From NCBI GenBank assembly GCA_965198175.1, contig OZ240245.1:1504001-1568000 (forward strand): 64,000 nt of DNA. Reading direction: 5' to 3'. The stretch is from Candidatus Poribacteria bacterium (lineage in GTDB: Bacteria; Poribacteria; WGA-4E; PCPOR2b). Below are positions 28,791 to 39,380 of this stretch, piece by piece. The first letter of the stretch is position 1; each line of letters starts with the position of its first letter. The translations under genes were made by a program, and so were the position numbers. The notes under the pieces are model-generated. The model did not search any database. It was given only the letters and a program-made list of their open reading frames with translations, and was not told the origin of the DNA.

Positions 28791-29132
28791 TCAGAACTCA
28801 GCTAGTGCTGCTTCTTCAGAAGCGAAAACATCAATACTTTGGGTCAGACCAATCACGTCAAAGATTTCCCGTGTTTGGTCGGAGGGGTGCGCTACACGCA
28901 GAACCTGACCTGTGTTACGTGTTTGCCAAATCAACTTGACGATGAGACCGAAGCCGCTGCTTGTGATGAAACACTGTCGATTGAAGTTAATCAGGATTTT
29001 GGTCAATCCCTCGATGTGTACCTGCTGATATGCGATGTTCATCTCCTTTTCCGAGTCTTGTGTTAGGGAACCTGTCACATCATATATCGCAACGTCCCCA
29101 ACTTTCCTGACTGAGATGTGGGTTCTTGGCAC
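28791..29132 (-). CDS. STAS-domain anti-sigma factor antagonist
   Basis: 113 aa, FITSSGFG phosphorylation motif, REIFDVIGL, SEEAAL. Confidence 0.88.
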   Translation of the reverse strand: MPRTHISVRKVGDVAIYDVTGSLTQDSEKEMNIAYQQVHIEGLTKILINFNRQCFITSSGFGLIVKLIWQTRNTGQVLRVAHPSDQTREIFDVIGLTQSIDVFASEEAALAEF

Positions 29133-29198
29133 ATGCTTCTCCTCTTGGTTGTGTTTTCTCTAATCGAGATTTCAGCGGCTTAGTTCTGATTTTGTGCG

Positions 29199-31022
29199 TC
29201 ACACATCATGCTTAACATTTGGCGTTTGTGGGAGTCCGGGCTCGACATACAACGTCTTTTCGCGCGTATATGTCACAAATCCGGGGGCGCTCCCCTTGGG
29301 TTTAACGACATACCGCGCCCAAGTATAATCAACCGGCGCATAGCTGGTATGACGCGCCTTGCTGAAGAATGCTGCAATTTGGGCGGCTTGTAGGAGTGTT
29401 GGCATGGGAATATCAGGTCTGTTTTCAGGATTTCGGATAATCACGTGTGAACCGTGGATCTGTTTGGCGTGAAGCCACATATCCCGAGCGGTAGCAATTC
29501 GGCGGAGTAGGAGATCATTCTCCTTGCTATTCCGCCCCACGTACATTTGAAAACCGTTAAGCGAGGTAAACTTCCGAAATGTAGTCTCACTTATCCCCTT
29601 CTTCTTCCCCTGTTTTCCTGATTTTATCCACCCCTTTTTCGCAAACTCTGAACGAATTGCGAGAAGTTCCTCCAGTGTGCTCGCCTTCTCAACTTCTAAC
29701 GCATAAGCTCGTAATACCTCTTGTTCCGCTTTGTTATCAGCGATTAACTGATCGATAACCGACAGCCCACGTTTTGCCTTTGTATACCGTTTGAAGTATT
29801 GCTGGACATTTTCAGATGGACTGCGTTGCGGATTGAGTTCAATCTTAAGAGGACTCAGTTTGGGACTGTAATAGTTCTGCACTTCAACGCACGTTTGCCC
29901 CCGTTTGAGACAGTGTAGATTTGCCGTGAGAAGCTCACCCTTTATCCGATAGTCATCAGCCTTTTCTGAATCCGCCAAATCCTTATGCAGTAAGATTAGC
30001 TTCCGTTCAATGGCAACGCTAAGTCTGTCTAAGACTTGGTTCAATGTATGTCGCTCTAATTTAATTGCCTCAACACGGGCAATCGTGTCGTAGTAGGCGC
30101 TCAAAGCTTCACTCATCGTTTCAAATGGTATGCTTTCCGTATGCGGAAATTGGCGCAACTGCAGCGCAGATACGGCAACCAGTTCATTGTTATCGTTCAG
30201 TAACCCGAGCGTCGCCCCAGGTTCAGACATAACGGCATCAGCAGGACTGGAGTCTTGATCGGAACTCGTGGCGCAGAGGGAGTTCGCAATCAATACCTGT
30301 GGCTGGCTGTGCACTGGGTTAAACGGTACAATAATCTGCTGGTATGCCTCCCACAATTGATTGGGAGTCGGACTATCGCCGGCGCGGACGATTATTTCTT
30401 TAGCGAGCGTTGGACTTAAACCATCAATCCCATTGAATAGGAATCTCCAGTTAAGTTCTTTCTGATTCTCAATCAGGGAGGCGACAATCTCGTAATTCAG
30501 TGTTAGCGGATGCAACTTCTCCTGCCTCGGTGGAGGTGTGTAATGTAGACCGGGCAAAATCTCACGATACCGACTTAGCGTTCCGTCAATATGCTTGATG
30601 CTCTCAAGGATTTTGCCGGTGGCTTCGTCAATCAGAATGATATTACTGTGTTTGCCCATAAACTCTGCGATGATTGACCGGGGAGACGACTCGATAACAT
30701 CGGTTTTAAGTTCGATAGTAATTTTAAGCACGCGATCCCAGCCGATCTGTTCGATGGCTGCGATTCTTCCACGGGTGATATGCTTCATCAAGAAATTCGC
30801 GAAGTGGGATTCTTCTTGCCCCTTCAAAGGACGTTCAATCAGATGCGTTCGCGCCTGAACGGGATGTGCTGAAATGAGCAGGCGGTAGGTTTCGGCTTTC
30901 TGAGAAACCTTCAGCGTAATACTCTGGCGATCCAACTGCTCGACATGACGAATCTGGCCATTGAGAATCGTATCATGAAGTTCATGAACCACAAGATGCA
31001 AAGCCAAACTATCGAAAGACAT
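29199..31022 (-). CDS. rqcH: RqcH / FbpA (NFACT) ribosome quality-control protein
   Basis: MSFDSL, WDRVL, EFMGKHSNIIL, GELLTANL, VGRNSKEND, DMWLHAKQIHGSHVII, VDYT. Confidence 0.92.
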   Translation of the reverse strand: MSFDSLALHLVVHELHDTILNGQIRHVEQLDRQSITLKVSQKAETYRLLISAHPVQARTHLIERPLKGQEESHFANFLMKHITRGRIAAIEQIGWDRVLKITIELKTDVIESSPRSIIAEFMGKHSNIILIDEATGKILESIKHIDGTLSRYREILPGLHYTPPPRQEKLHPLTLNYEIVASLIENQKELNWRFLFNGIDGLSPTLAKEIIVRAGDSPTPNQLWEAYQQIIVPFNPVHSQPQVLIANSLCATSSDQDSSPADAVMSEPGATLGLLNDNNELVAVSALQLRQFPHTESIPFETMSEALSAYYDTIARVEAIKLERHTLNQVLDRLSVAIERKLILLHKDLADSEKADDYRIKGELLTANLHCLKRGQTCVEVQNYYSPKLSPLKIELNPQRSPSENVQQYFKRYTKAKRGLSVIDQLIADNKAEQEVLRAYALEVEKASTLEELLAIRSEFAKKGWIKSGKQGKKKGISETTFRKFTSLNGFQMYVGRNSKENDLLLRRIATARDMWLHAKQIHGSHVIIRNPENRPDIPMPTLLQAAQIAAFFSKARHTSYAPVDYTWARYVVKPKGSAPGFVTYTREKTLYVEPGLPQTPNVKHDV

Positions 31023-31199
31023 GGTGCATACCTCTTAAGCAGTCAGCAAAGAATGCCAGGGTTTCTCCAAGAAAATATGCAAACGATTGTTGAATTGTGT
31101 GTCGTGTGTTGCGAAAAAAACACTTTATACACGCTGCGTTTACAGATTGGATTTTTATTGGGGATTCCTGAAAGCTGTCGTTAATACAATCGTTCCAGA

Positions 31200-32135
31200 T
31201 TATTTTTTACTGTCCAATCCCAATCGTCCAGCCAAATCGTCGACGAATTGCCGGGCGACGCGACCCGATCGTCCGCTTGATGCAGCTTCCCATTTCAAGG
31301 CTGCACGATGTAGTTCGTCCATCGGAAAAGACAGGCCTTCCTTTTGGGCATAATGCGAAACAATTTGTAGATAAGTATCTTGCGGGATGCGATAGAAAAC
31401 GAGCCGTAACCCAAATCGATCGCTCAAGGAGACTTTCTCCTCGGTTGTTTCACGCGGATATAACTCATCTTGATCACTGCTTGGGAACTGATTTTCGTGG
31501 ACCTGTCGAGGCATCAGATGTCGGCGATTTGACGTTGCATAAATAAGTGTGTTATCAGGGCGGGCGGCGATGCCACCTTCCAGCATGGCTTTCAGCTCTC
31601 TGTATGCCGCCTCCCCTTCGCTGAAGGAAAGGTCATCGCAATAGAGGATATATCGTTCAGGACGTCCCCATAACAGATCCGTAATCTCCTGCAGGTGTAG
31701 AAGACCCTCTTTATTCACTTCGATGAGCCGCAAACCGTCCGACGCGTAGCGATGGAGTATACCCTTGACGAGTGACGATTTACCTGTGCCGCGATCGCCC
31801 CAGAGTAAGACATGGTTCGCTGGTAAACCCTGGAGAAATTGTAAAGTGTTCCGATTCAAGATTTCAATCTGTCGTTCAATGTCAATCAGATCAGCGATGT
31901 CAACGAGATCAGGTCGTTTGACAGGAATCAACTGCCCCCACCCATCGTGGTTTCTCCACCTAAAAGCGATGTATTTATCGAGGGAATCGGGGGCATTTTC
32001 AGAGGGCATCTCAGTCTGTGTCAATAACGACTCCGCCTTGTCTATAAGTCGTTCCAGCCGAGAAATAACCGTTTCCCAATTATCAGTCATATTTTCGGTG
32101 ATTCTAACCTTCTTGAGATTGTGTGTACCGCTCAA
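31200..32135 (-). CDS. DUF815-family AAA+ ATPase
   Basis: NTLQFLQGLPANHVLLWGDRGTGKSS, CDDLSF, YATSNRRHL, EEKVSLSDRFGL, RSGRVARQF; true start may be the downstream ATG (MTDNW). Confidence 0.92.
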   Translation of the reverse strand: MSGTHNLKKVRITENMTDNWETVISRLERLIDKAESLLTQTEMPSENAPDSLDKYIAFRWRNHDGWGQLIPVKRPDLVDIADLIDIERQIEILNRNTLQFLQGLPANHVLLWGDRGTGKSSLVKGILHRYASDGLRLIEVNKEGLLHLQEITDLLWGRPERYILYCDDLSFSEGEAAYRELKAMLEGGIAARPDNTLIYATSNRRHLMPRQVHENQFPSSDQDELYPRETTEEKVSLSDRFGLRLVFYRIPQDTYLQIVSHYAQKEGLSFPMDELHRAALKWEAASSGRSGRVARQFVDDLAGRLGLDSKK

Positions 32136-32306
32136 TTATACCATAAAAGAACCTTACACCGAAAAAGAAAAAAGCTGAGAGTGGAACTTTCGCTACAGAT
32201 TGAGAGATTGGTCTGCGACAATAGATGATGAACCAACCTCAATTAGATCTCTGCATATACGGTCTCGGCTCATTCATCCACCGCACACTAAATATGCCCC
32301 CTTCTC

Positions 32307-32335
32307 TTGACAAGGGTGGACAAATACAGTATAAT
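32307..32335 (+). promoter_or_regulatory. Consensus sigma70 promoter about 400 nt upstream of argF
   Basis: TTGACA, 17-nt spacer, TATAAT. Confidence 0.75.
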
Positions 32336-32739
32336 CATCGGCATCTTTGCAGACGGTATAACCATTGGATTTAGCGAGAAACATCTGCCAAGTACCCTTT
32401 TTTGCACGCCAGCACACTCAGCTTTCTTCGCGCTTAGCTTGTGATATCAACTCCCGATGGTCTCATTACCTTTAATTGATTGAGGAAAGGCTGATGCAAA
32501 GGCAATCAATATGTGTCGACTTGAAAAACGGCAAGAACGTCTACTGATTTGTTTTTCGCCAAGCTGCCAAAGGGATGGAGACGTTATGCGATTTCCTTAT
32601 GGCTCCCACAGCTCGCCGAACTTGGACTGGTGTTCCGCCATGGGAACAATTGACAACGCTGTGGGCGCCCCTAAAGGACAAGATCTAATTGTCGGAATTC
32701 ACACGGCGATGCCTTGGGCTATCTGTACTGGAGGCTATC

Positions 32740-33648
32740 ATGCATCTAATTTCCCTTAAAGACTGGTCTACTGCAGATGTAATGGAAGTTGTGGAAAACA
32801 GCATCGCTATCAAAAACCACTCTGGACAATATGCGGATGCCCTGAGCGGGCAGAGTCTCGCCTTGCTTTTTCAGAAAACCTCTACACGGACGCGCTGTGC
32901 TGGAGAGGTTGGCATGACCCAGTTGGGTGGACATGGCATCTACCTCGACTGGCAATCCACGAATTTCACCCTAGCCGATTTAGGCGATGAAATTCGGGTG
33001 CTATCCGCCTATGTGGATATAATCCTTGCCCGTTTCTTAAAACATGCGGATGTCGTGCGTGCAGCCGAGTCCGCAACAGTTCCTATCATTAACGGGTGTT
33101 GCGATCGATACCACCCGACGCAGGCATTGGGCGATCTCATGACGATTCAGGAAAAGCTAGGGTGTCTGGAAGGCGTTAAGCTCACCTATGTCGGGGTACA
33201 TAATAACGTTTGCAATTCGTTGATTGCCGCTGGTCTCACAGTAGGTATGGAAGTAACTGCTGTTACGCCCGAGATCAATCCGGCAGCAGTCGATGAGCAA
33301 CTGTTTAAGGAGGCACGTAAGTCCGGTTCCTACATAGTGTCAGATCGACTTCAGGCTGCGATCGCGAAAAGTGATATTGTTTATACTGATACCTGGATTG
33401 ATATGGAATTTTTTCTGGATTCGGCGTTCAAAGCGGAAAGAGAACGACGTATCGAGTTATTTATGCCCTATCAGTTAAATCGGGAGTTGTTGGAAGGACA
33501 GGATGTTTTAATTATGCACTGTCTTGCCGCCCATCGTGGCTACGAAATCTCTGACGAAATCATTGACGATCCACGGTCAATTGTGTTTGAGCAGGCAGAG
33601 AATCGACTTCATAGCATGAAAGCCCTGATGCTGAAAATTTTAGGCTAA
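32740..33648 (+). CDS. argF: Ornithine carbamoyltransferase
   Basis: FQKTSTRTR, HPTQALGDL, YTDTWIDM, MHCLAAHRGYEI, FEQAENRLH; GGAGG precedes the ATG at 32740. Confidence 0.9.
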   Translation: MHLISLKDWSTADVMEVVENSIAIKNHSGQYADALSGQSLALLFQKTSTRTRCAGEVGMTQLGGHGIYLDWQSTNFTLADLGDEIRVLSAYVDIILARFLKHADVVRAAESATVPIINGCCDRYHPTQALGDLMTIQEKLGCLEGVKLTYVGVHNNVCNSLIAAGLTVGMEVTAVTPEINPAAVDEQLFKEARKSGSYIVSDRLQAAIAKSDIVYTDTWIDMEFFLDSAFKAERERRIELFMPYQLNRELLEGQDVLIMHCLAAHRGYEISDEIIDDPRSIVFEQAENRLHSMKALMLKILG

Positions 33649-33792
33649 CATCACGAGTAAGTGTGCGGTTTCTTAAAATGAGCCGAGGCTTATCCTTCAA
33701 TCTGATGAAAGATTGTGGATTACTAGATAACTTAAATTGTTAAGCGTAAGCCAGACGTCAACCATTCACTGGATAAAATTCCGACTTCCCAC

Positions 33793-34662
33793 ATGTCCCA
33801 ATCTTCCCTTATTCCCATCAAAACCCGCGATGAGATCGAAGTTGAGAAGTTGTTAACAACGATCCAAGCGAAGCGGGATCAGGTCGCCGAAATGACCCTT
33901 GAGCTAGAGGAACTCAAGCTGGATATACGTCGATTTGAGAGCGAATATAATGCTCGTGTTGGACGATTCTATATAGAACTGGACAAAGTTGAACTCGTAA
34001 CAAAGGAACATCGATTGCGTCTGCGCTTGTTGAACGAGGGCGTATCCACCGATAGCCCAGAAATGGAAAAACGGATTGAATCCTGTTTCCGCTTGGAACG
34101 CGAGCGGTTGGCAGATTATGAACGGGGGATAAATTCGGAGGAAGATGCCTTCAAACAATCGAAAACCCAGTTGCTTCCACCGGATCAAATGAAGCAACTT
34201 CGCGGGCTTTATCTGAGACTCGCAAAGTTATATCACCCGGACAAAGCGAATTGTGATGACGAACAAGATGAACGGAAGCAGATGATGATGCTGATTAATC
34301 GTGCCTACGAAGATCGAGATATTCAGACCCTCAAGCGGATAAACATCAAGATCGGATCGGAAGTCGAGTCAACTGCGGAAACAGTACCACAGAGGAGGAA
34401 ACGGTTAACACGGGAGATAAATCGGCTGATGCGCGTCCAAGGTGAGTTGCGTCTGGAAATCAATAGAATTAAATCGAGCAAAACTTATCAGTTCAAACAA
34501 GAAGTTGGGCGAGCCCGTGAAAGTGGTGTGGATCTCCTAACGAGTCTCGCTAGGGATTTGCAGCAAAAGATTAATGCCAACAAGCGGCGGCTGGCAGATT
34601 TGATTGAACGATTCCATCAATTTAGTAGAAAGTTGATGGATAATCAGTTAAACGCCCTTTAG
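33793..34662 (+). CDS. J-domain protein with flanking coiled coils
   Basis: LRGLYLRLAKLYHPDK...MMLINRAYE in the middle of a helical protein. Confidence 0.85.
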   Translation: MSQSSLIPIKTRDEIEVEKLLTTIQAKRDQVAEMTLELEELKLDIRRFESEYNARVGRFYIELDKVELVTKEHRLRLRLLNEGVSTDSPEMEKRIESCFRLERERLADYERGINSEEDAFKQSKTQLLPPDQMKQLRGLYLRLAKLYHPDKANCDDEQDERKQMMMLINRAYEDRDIQTLKRINIKIGSEVESTAETVPQRRKRLTREINRLMRVQGELRLEINRIKSSKTYQFKQEVGRARESGVDLLTSLARDLQQKINANKRRLADLIERFHQFSRKLMDNQLNAL

Positions 34663-34896
34663 TCCACCTGCCGATTTCATAGAGAGGAATTTGTGCATAA
34701 TGAAGCTAGCTGGGAGATAGCCGCTTTTCCCATATCAAGCAGCGTCTACAAAAACGCTTGGTTTTAGTTACTCAATGTGTTATAATTTAATTGTTGTGGT
34801 GCAGTTGATTTCAATATGCATCTGCGTTTGGATTGAAGAGATTTAACTCCATACCCAAGATCAAGATTAAAACCATCTTTCAAGGAGGCAATCATA

Positions 34897-35511
34897 ATGG
34901 CACATGAACTACCCGCGTTACCATATGCTCACGATGCTTTAAAACCTCATATAGACGCGCGAACAATGGAAATCCATCACGGCAAGCATCATCAAGCCTA
35001 TATCAACAACCTCAATGATGCCCTCGAAGGACTTGATGCCCTTGCGGCGTTGTCCATTGAGGAGTTGCTTTGCAATATCGACAGCGTGCCAGAAGCAAAA
35101 CGACAAACCGTCATAAACAACGGCGGCGGGCATGCCAACCATTCACTCTTCTGGACGATAATGGGTCCCAACGGCGGCGGCGATCCAACGGGTGAACTCG
35201 CTGAAGCGATTGGATCCGCATTTGGATCGAGCGATGAAGCGTGTGGAGCGTTTGCAAAGGCAGCGGCGACCCGTTTCGGATCCGGTTGGGCTTGGTTGGT
35301 CGTTGATGAGGCAGGGGGATTGCAAATCTACTCAACCGCGAATCAGGATAGCCCGCTCATGCAGAGTCATACACCGATACTTGGCCTCGATGTTTGGGAG
35401 CATGCTTACTATCTGAACTATCAGAATAGACGACCGGATTATGTGGCAGCCTTTGCTAATGTTATCAACTGGGATGAGGTTGCAAGACGTTATGCCGCTG
35501 CGAAAGGCTAG
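34897..35511 (+). CDS. sodA: Superoxide dismutase, Mn-type signature
   Basis: [29 protein letters not shown]; the GG and QD residues are Mn-type determinants. Confidence 0.9.
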   Translation: MAHELPALPYAHDALKPHIDARTMEIHHGKHHQAYINNLNDALEGLDALAALSIEELLCNIDSVPEAKRQTVINNGGGHANHSLFWTIMGPNGGGDPTGELAEAIGSAFGSSDEACGAFAKAAATRFGSGWAWLVVDEAGGLQIYSTANQDSPLMQSHTPILGLDVWEHAYYLNYQNRRPDYVAAFANVINWDEVARRYAAAKG

Positions 35512-35565
35512 TTGATGCATCAAAAGAGAGATGGAAGGAGCAAATATTGATTGCTCATAAAAACC

Positions 35566-35594
35566 TTGACATCTCTCATCGCCTTATGTATACT
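35566..35594 (+). promoter_or_regulatory. Sigma70 promoter of the ilv leader
   Basis: TTGACA, 17-nt spacer, TATACT. Confidence 0.8.
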
Positions 35595-35624
35595 TAACGA
35601 AAATACCTCGAATTTCATACGGTA

Positions 35625-35899
35625 AAAACAGTGAAGGGGAGGAGTAGGTCGTCTAGCCTTGACAGAGCGGGGGATCCACCGGCTGAGAGATTTCCTCAAA
35701 CGCTGCGACTGAACGTCGCCCTGGAGTTGCTAGCCTGAAAATACCAAGTAGGGTTAGTCGGTTGATTTCCGTCATCGCATCCCAATGAGTGCCCTTTTTG
35801 ACAGCAAAGCTTAACAGAGAGGGAATTGGAGTGGTACCGCGGTAAGATCTTCGAAAGAAGCCCTTTTCGTCTCCAAGTTGGAACGAGAAGGGCTTTTTT
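35625..35899 (+). promoter_or_regulatory. T-box riboswitch, probable Val (GUC) specifier
   Basis: GA motif, AGTA, CAGAG, GGCTGAGA distal loop, specifier loop GAAC-GTC-G-CCC, T-box AATTGGAGTGGTACCGCG (UGGUACC bulge at 35832-35838), overlapping terminator. Confidence 0.92.
35858..35899 (+). terminator. T-box attenuator terminator
   Basis: aagcccttttcgt...acgagaagggctt followed by a T run; the 5' arm overlaps the antiterminator. Confidence 0.85.
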
Positions 35900-36027
35900 G
35901 ATTCGAGTCACTCGCTCGATATTCTCAGAAGGGAGCATATAGTTTCCAATCTGCTTGAGATGGCTGCAAGAAAGTCGTATTGAGCGAACTCAGAGTAGTA
36001 TCAATTCTAAAAGAGGGCAAAGAAACG

Positions 36028-37707
36028 ATGGAACAGATGCGAGGTGCAAATCTCCTTATTGAGAGTCTTAAACGAGAAGGGGTCGAGTACATTTTTGGCC
36101 TTAACGGGGGCGCGGCGATGCCAATTTTTGATGCGCTCTACGATGCACCGGATATCAAGCTCATCCCGATGCGGCACGAACAGGGCGCAGTGCATGCCGC
36201 TGATGGCTATGCGCGTGCAACGGGTATCGTAGGTGTTGTGCTTGCCACATCGGGCCCCGGTGCGACGAACCTTGTCACCGGAATTGCCACCGCCTTTATG
36301 GATTCCGTTCCGATGGTGGCGATCACAGGACAGGTTTTTACCCATTTGATGGGCAACGACGCCTTCCAGGAATGTGATATCATTGGGGTAACGCGTCCGG
36401 TCTGCAAGCACAGTTTCCTAATCAAAACAAGCGACGAGGTTGCGGATATCGTGGCTGAAGCCTTCCACATCGCTAGTACGGGACGACCGGGCCCTGTTGT
36501 TGTTGATTTTGCAAAGGATGCGCAAATAAGCGAGTCCATTTTTCGCTATCCGGAGTCGGTCAATATTCGTGGCTACAAGCCCAGCGTTGATGGACATCCG
36601 CGCCAAATCGCCAAAGCTGTTGAACTAATCCACAACGCCAAGCGTCCCATAATCTACGCGGGGGGTGGCGTGGTTCTTTCCGAAGCTGCGGAGGAGTTGC
36701 GTGAATTTGCGATCAAAACCGGCATTCCAATCACGGTAACGCTCATGGGACTAGGGGCATTTCCCGAAACTCACCCACTTTCAATGGAGATGCCTGGTAT
36801 GCACGGCTCCTGTTGCGCAAACTATGCGTTTACGGACTCCGATCTCATTGTCGCAGTGGGTGCGCGGTTCGATGATCGAGTCACAGGAGACTTGAATAAA
36901 TTTGCACCGAAAGCCAAGAAAATCCATATTGACATCGATCCGTCCTGTATCGGTAAAAATGTTCCGATTGATGTGCCAATAGTCGGTGATGCCAAGCACG
37001 TGTTGGCGAAGATGAACAAACTCGTGCATCACGTCAACATTGAGCCCTGGCGGCGGCAAACTGATGAGTGGAAGGAAAAATATCCCTTCGAGTATCATCA
37101 AAGAGGGGATAAGATTATGCCGCAGTATGTGATTCAACAAATCTATGAGGTCTATCCCGATGCAGTAATCGTCGGAGATGTGGGACAACATCAAATGTGG
37201 GCTGCACAATATTTCAAATTTACCCAACCGCGTCAATGGTTGAACTCGGGAGGACTCGGAACAATGGGGTTCAGTTTGCCTGCAGCGATCGGTGCCCAAC
37301 TCGGATGTCCGGACAAAACGATTGTCAACATCAATGGCGACGGTTCATACATCATGACGATTCAGGAACTCGTCCCCGCTGTCACCTTGAAGCTTCCGCT
37401 CAAGATTTTCATCATTAACAATATGTATCTCGGCATGGTGAGACAGTGGCAAGAACTCTTCCACCAAAAACGGTATTCAGCCGTTGATTACCACGATAAT
37501 CCCGATTTTGCGCTACTTGCTCAAGCGTTCGGTGCAACAGGTCTCCGTGTCGATCGAATCGAAGATGTTCGACCAGCATTGGAAAAGGCAAAACACATCA
37601 ATGAAGGACCCGTTGTCATTGACTTCATTGTTGATGAAGATGAGAATGTGTTCCCAATGGTCCCAGCGGGTGCGGGACTCGGAGACGTCATACGAGGTTT
37701 AGCATAA
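36028..37707 (+). CDS. ilvB: Acetolactate synthase large subunit
   Basis: MRHEQGAVHAADGYAR, TSGPGATN, RFDDRVTG, DVGQHQMW, SGGLGTMG, GDGS...NN, GMVRQWQ. Confidence 0.97.
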   Translation: MEQMRGANLLIESLKREGVEYIFGLNGGAAMPIFDALYDAPDIKLIPMRHEQGAVHAADGYARATGIVGVVLATSGPGATNLVTGIATAFMDSVPMVAITGQVFTHLMGNDAFQECDIIGVTRPVCKHSFLIKTSDEVADIVAEAFHIASTGRPGPVVVDFAKDAQISESIFRYPESVNIRGYKPSVDGHPRQIAKAVELIHNAKRPIIYAGGGVVLSEAAEELREFAIKTGIPITVTLMGLGAFPETHPLSMEMPGMHGSCCANYAFTDSDLIVAVGARFDDRVTGDLNKFAPKAKKIHIDIDPSCIGKNVPIDVPIVGDAKHVLAKMNKLVHHVNIEPWRRQTDEWKEKYPFEYHQRGDKIMPQYVIQQIYEVYPDAVIVGDVGQHQMWAAQYFKFTQPRQWLNSGGLGTMGFSLPAAIGAQLGCPDKTIVNINGDGSYIMTIQELVPAVTLKLPLKIFIINNMYLGMVRQWQELFHQKRYSAVDYHDNPDFALLAQAFGATGLRVDRIEDVRPALEKAKHINEGPVVIDFIVDEDENVFPMVPAGAGLGDVIRGLA

Positions 37708-38198
37708 TGGTCGAGGAGAGACACATCTTTTCCGTCCTCGTTGAAAATCGATTCGGTGTGCTCGCACGAATTGCAGGGTTGTTCAGCGGTCGCGGATATA
37801 ACATCGATAGTCTGAATGTCGCCGAAACGGATAATCCAGAAGTTTCCCACATGACAATCGTTACACATGGTGATGCGCAGATTATCGAACAGATATACAA
37901 ACATCTAAATAAGCTGATTGACGTGATAAAGGTGATGGATCTCACTACCGAAAACCACGTCGAGCGGGAGCTTGTCTTGATCAAGATGAACGCATCACCC
38001 AATCGGCGTGGGGAGATTCTTCAAATCGTGGAGATTTTCCGCGCTCGCACGGTTGATGTTAGCCCCGCAACATTGACGATCGAGGTCACCGGTGACGAAG
38101 GTAAACTCAAGGCTGTGATTGATATGTTGCGTCCATATGGTATCCAGGAGTTGGTCCGCACAGGTAAAATCGCAATCATGCGCGGCGCGGCGAAGTAA
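37707..38198 (+). CDS. ilvN: Acetolactate synthase small subunit
   Basis: SVLVENRFGVLARIAGLFSGRGYNIDSL, KLIDVIKV, ELVRTG. Confidence 0.97.
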   Translation: MVEERHIFSVLVENRFGVLARIAGLFSGRGYNIDSLNVAETDNPEVSHMTIVTHGDAQIIEQIYKHLNKLIDVIKVMDLTTENHVERELVLIKMNASPNRRGEILQIVEIFRARTVDVSPATLTIEVTGDEGKLKAVIDMLRPYGIQELVRTGKIAIMRGAAK

Positions 38199-38231
38199 TT
38201 GATGACAATCATCAATTGAAAGGAGAGTTTT

Positions 38232-39233
38232 ATGGCAACAATTTATTACGATAGCGATGCGAATTTTGATTTGCTCAAAGGGAGAACGATTGCCATCATT
38301 GGCTATGGAGCTCAAGGACGTGCACAAGCGTTGAACCTAAAGGACAGCGGCGCAGACGTCCTTGTTGGGCTGCGTTCTACGAGTCGATCGTGTCAACAAG
38401 CAGAAGCAGACGGGCTGACTGTCAGGAGCGTTGAGGAAGTTGCTAGCGCAGGCGATATTGTCCAGATTCTCATCCCAGATGAGTTACATTCAACGGTCTA
38501 TGAGACACAAATCGAGCCGAACATGCAAGCCGGGGATATGCTGATGGTTTCGCACGGCTTCAGCATCCACTTTGGGCAAATACTCCCATTAGACAATATT
38601 GATGTGGCAATGATTGCGCCAAAGGCACCGGGGGACCTCGTGAGGGATGAATTTGTGGGTGGTGGCGGGACACCATGTCTGATTGCCATCCATCAAGATA
38701 TCAATGGACATGCGAGAGATCTCGCGCTCGCTTATGCAAAAGGAATTGGCGGCACGCGCGCGGGAGTGATCGAAACGACTTTTCGTGAAGAAACAGAGAC
38801 CGATCTCTTTGGCGAGCAGGCAGTGCTTTGCGGTGGAACATCGGCGCTCATCAAAGCTGCATTCGATACACTTGTCGAAGCTGGCTATCAACCGGAAATG
38901 GCGTACTTTGAATGCCTACATGAGTTAAAGCTCATCGTCGATCTTATCTATACTGGTGGACTCACTAAGATGCGCCGCGTTGTCAGTAACACAGCGGAGT
39001 TCGGCGATCTCACCCGCGGCCCCCGCGTTGTTGATGAAAGTGTGCGAGAGCGTATGCGAGAGCTTCTCCAAGAAGTGCAGAGCGGGAAATTCGCACGGGA
39101 GTGGGTGCTGGAAAATCGAGCCAATCAGCCCGTGCTGCAAGCCTTACGCCGCAGAGAATCAGAGTTACCGATTGAGAAGGTTGGTAAAGACCTACGAAGT
39201 ATGATGAGTTGGATTGATCAACCGACCGAATAG
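38232..39233 (+). CDS. ilvC: Ketol-acid reductoisomerase
   Basis: [43 protein letters not shown]. Confidence 0.97.
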   Translation: MATIYYDSDANFDLLKGRTIAIIGYGAQGRAQALNLKDSGADVLVGLRSTSRSCQQAEADGLTVRSVEEVASAGDIVQILIPDELHSTVYETQIEPNMQAGDMLMVSHGFSIHFGQILPLDNIDVAMIAPKAPGDLVRDEFVGGGGTPCLIAIHQDINGHARDLALAYAKGIGGTRAGVIETTFREETETDLFGEQAVLCGGTSALIKAAFDTLVEAGYQPEMAYFECLHELKLIVDLIYTGGLTKMRRVVSNTAEFGDLTRGPRVVDESVRERMRELLQEVQSGKFAREWVLENRANQPVLQALRRRESELPIEKVGKDLRSMMSWIDQPTE

Positions 39234-39284
39234 CGAGAGATCAAGCGAACGAATAGTGAGCGATCAACTGAGCGAATAGCGATG
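39216..39284 (+). repeat. Three imperfect 23-bp tandem repeats overlapping the ilvC stop
   Basis: gatcaaccgaccgaatagcgaga / gatcaagcgaacgaatagtgagc / gatcaactgagcgaatagcgatg. Confidence 0.85.
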
Positions 39285-39380
39285 GCGATAGTTTTCAAGT
39301 CTTCACTAGTCTTAGGAGCTTGCCGCCCCTTTTTGGTCAAATCGAGGTGATGTGTAATTTTTAGTTGCAGTGACTATAAA
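39285..39380. repeat. Dispersed ~95-bp intergenic repeat, copy 1 (MITE-like)
   Basis: Matches 43558-43649; bounded by ATAGT...ACTAT inverted ends. Confidence 0.85.

Noticed and set aside
32165..32430. Inverted pair aagctgagagtg / cacactcagctt as possible MITE ends
   Set aside because: Short and imperfect, with no target duplication or second copy seen.
39216..39284. Possible mini-CRISPR array
   Set aside because: The units are directly adjacent with no spacers, and there are no cas genes in the window.
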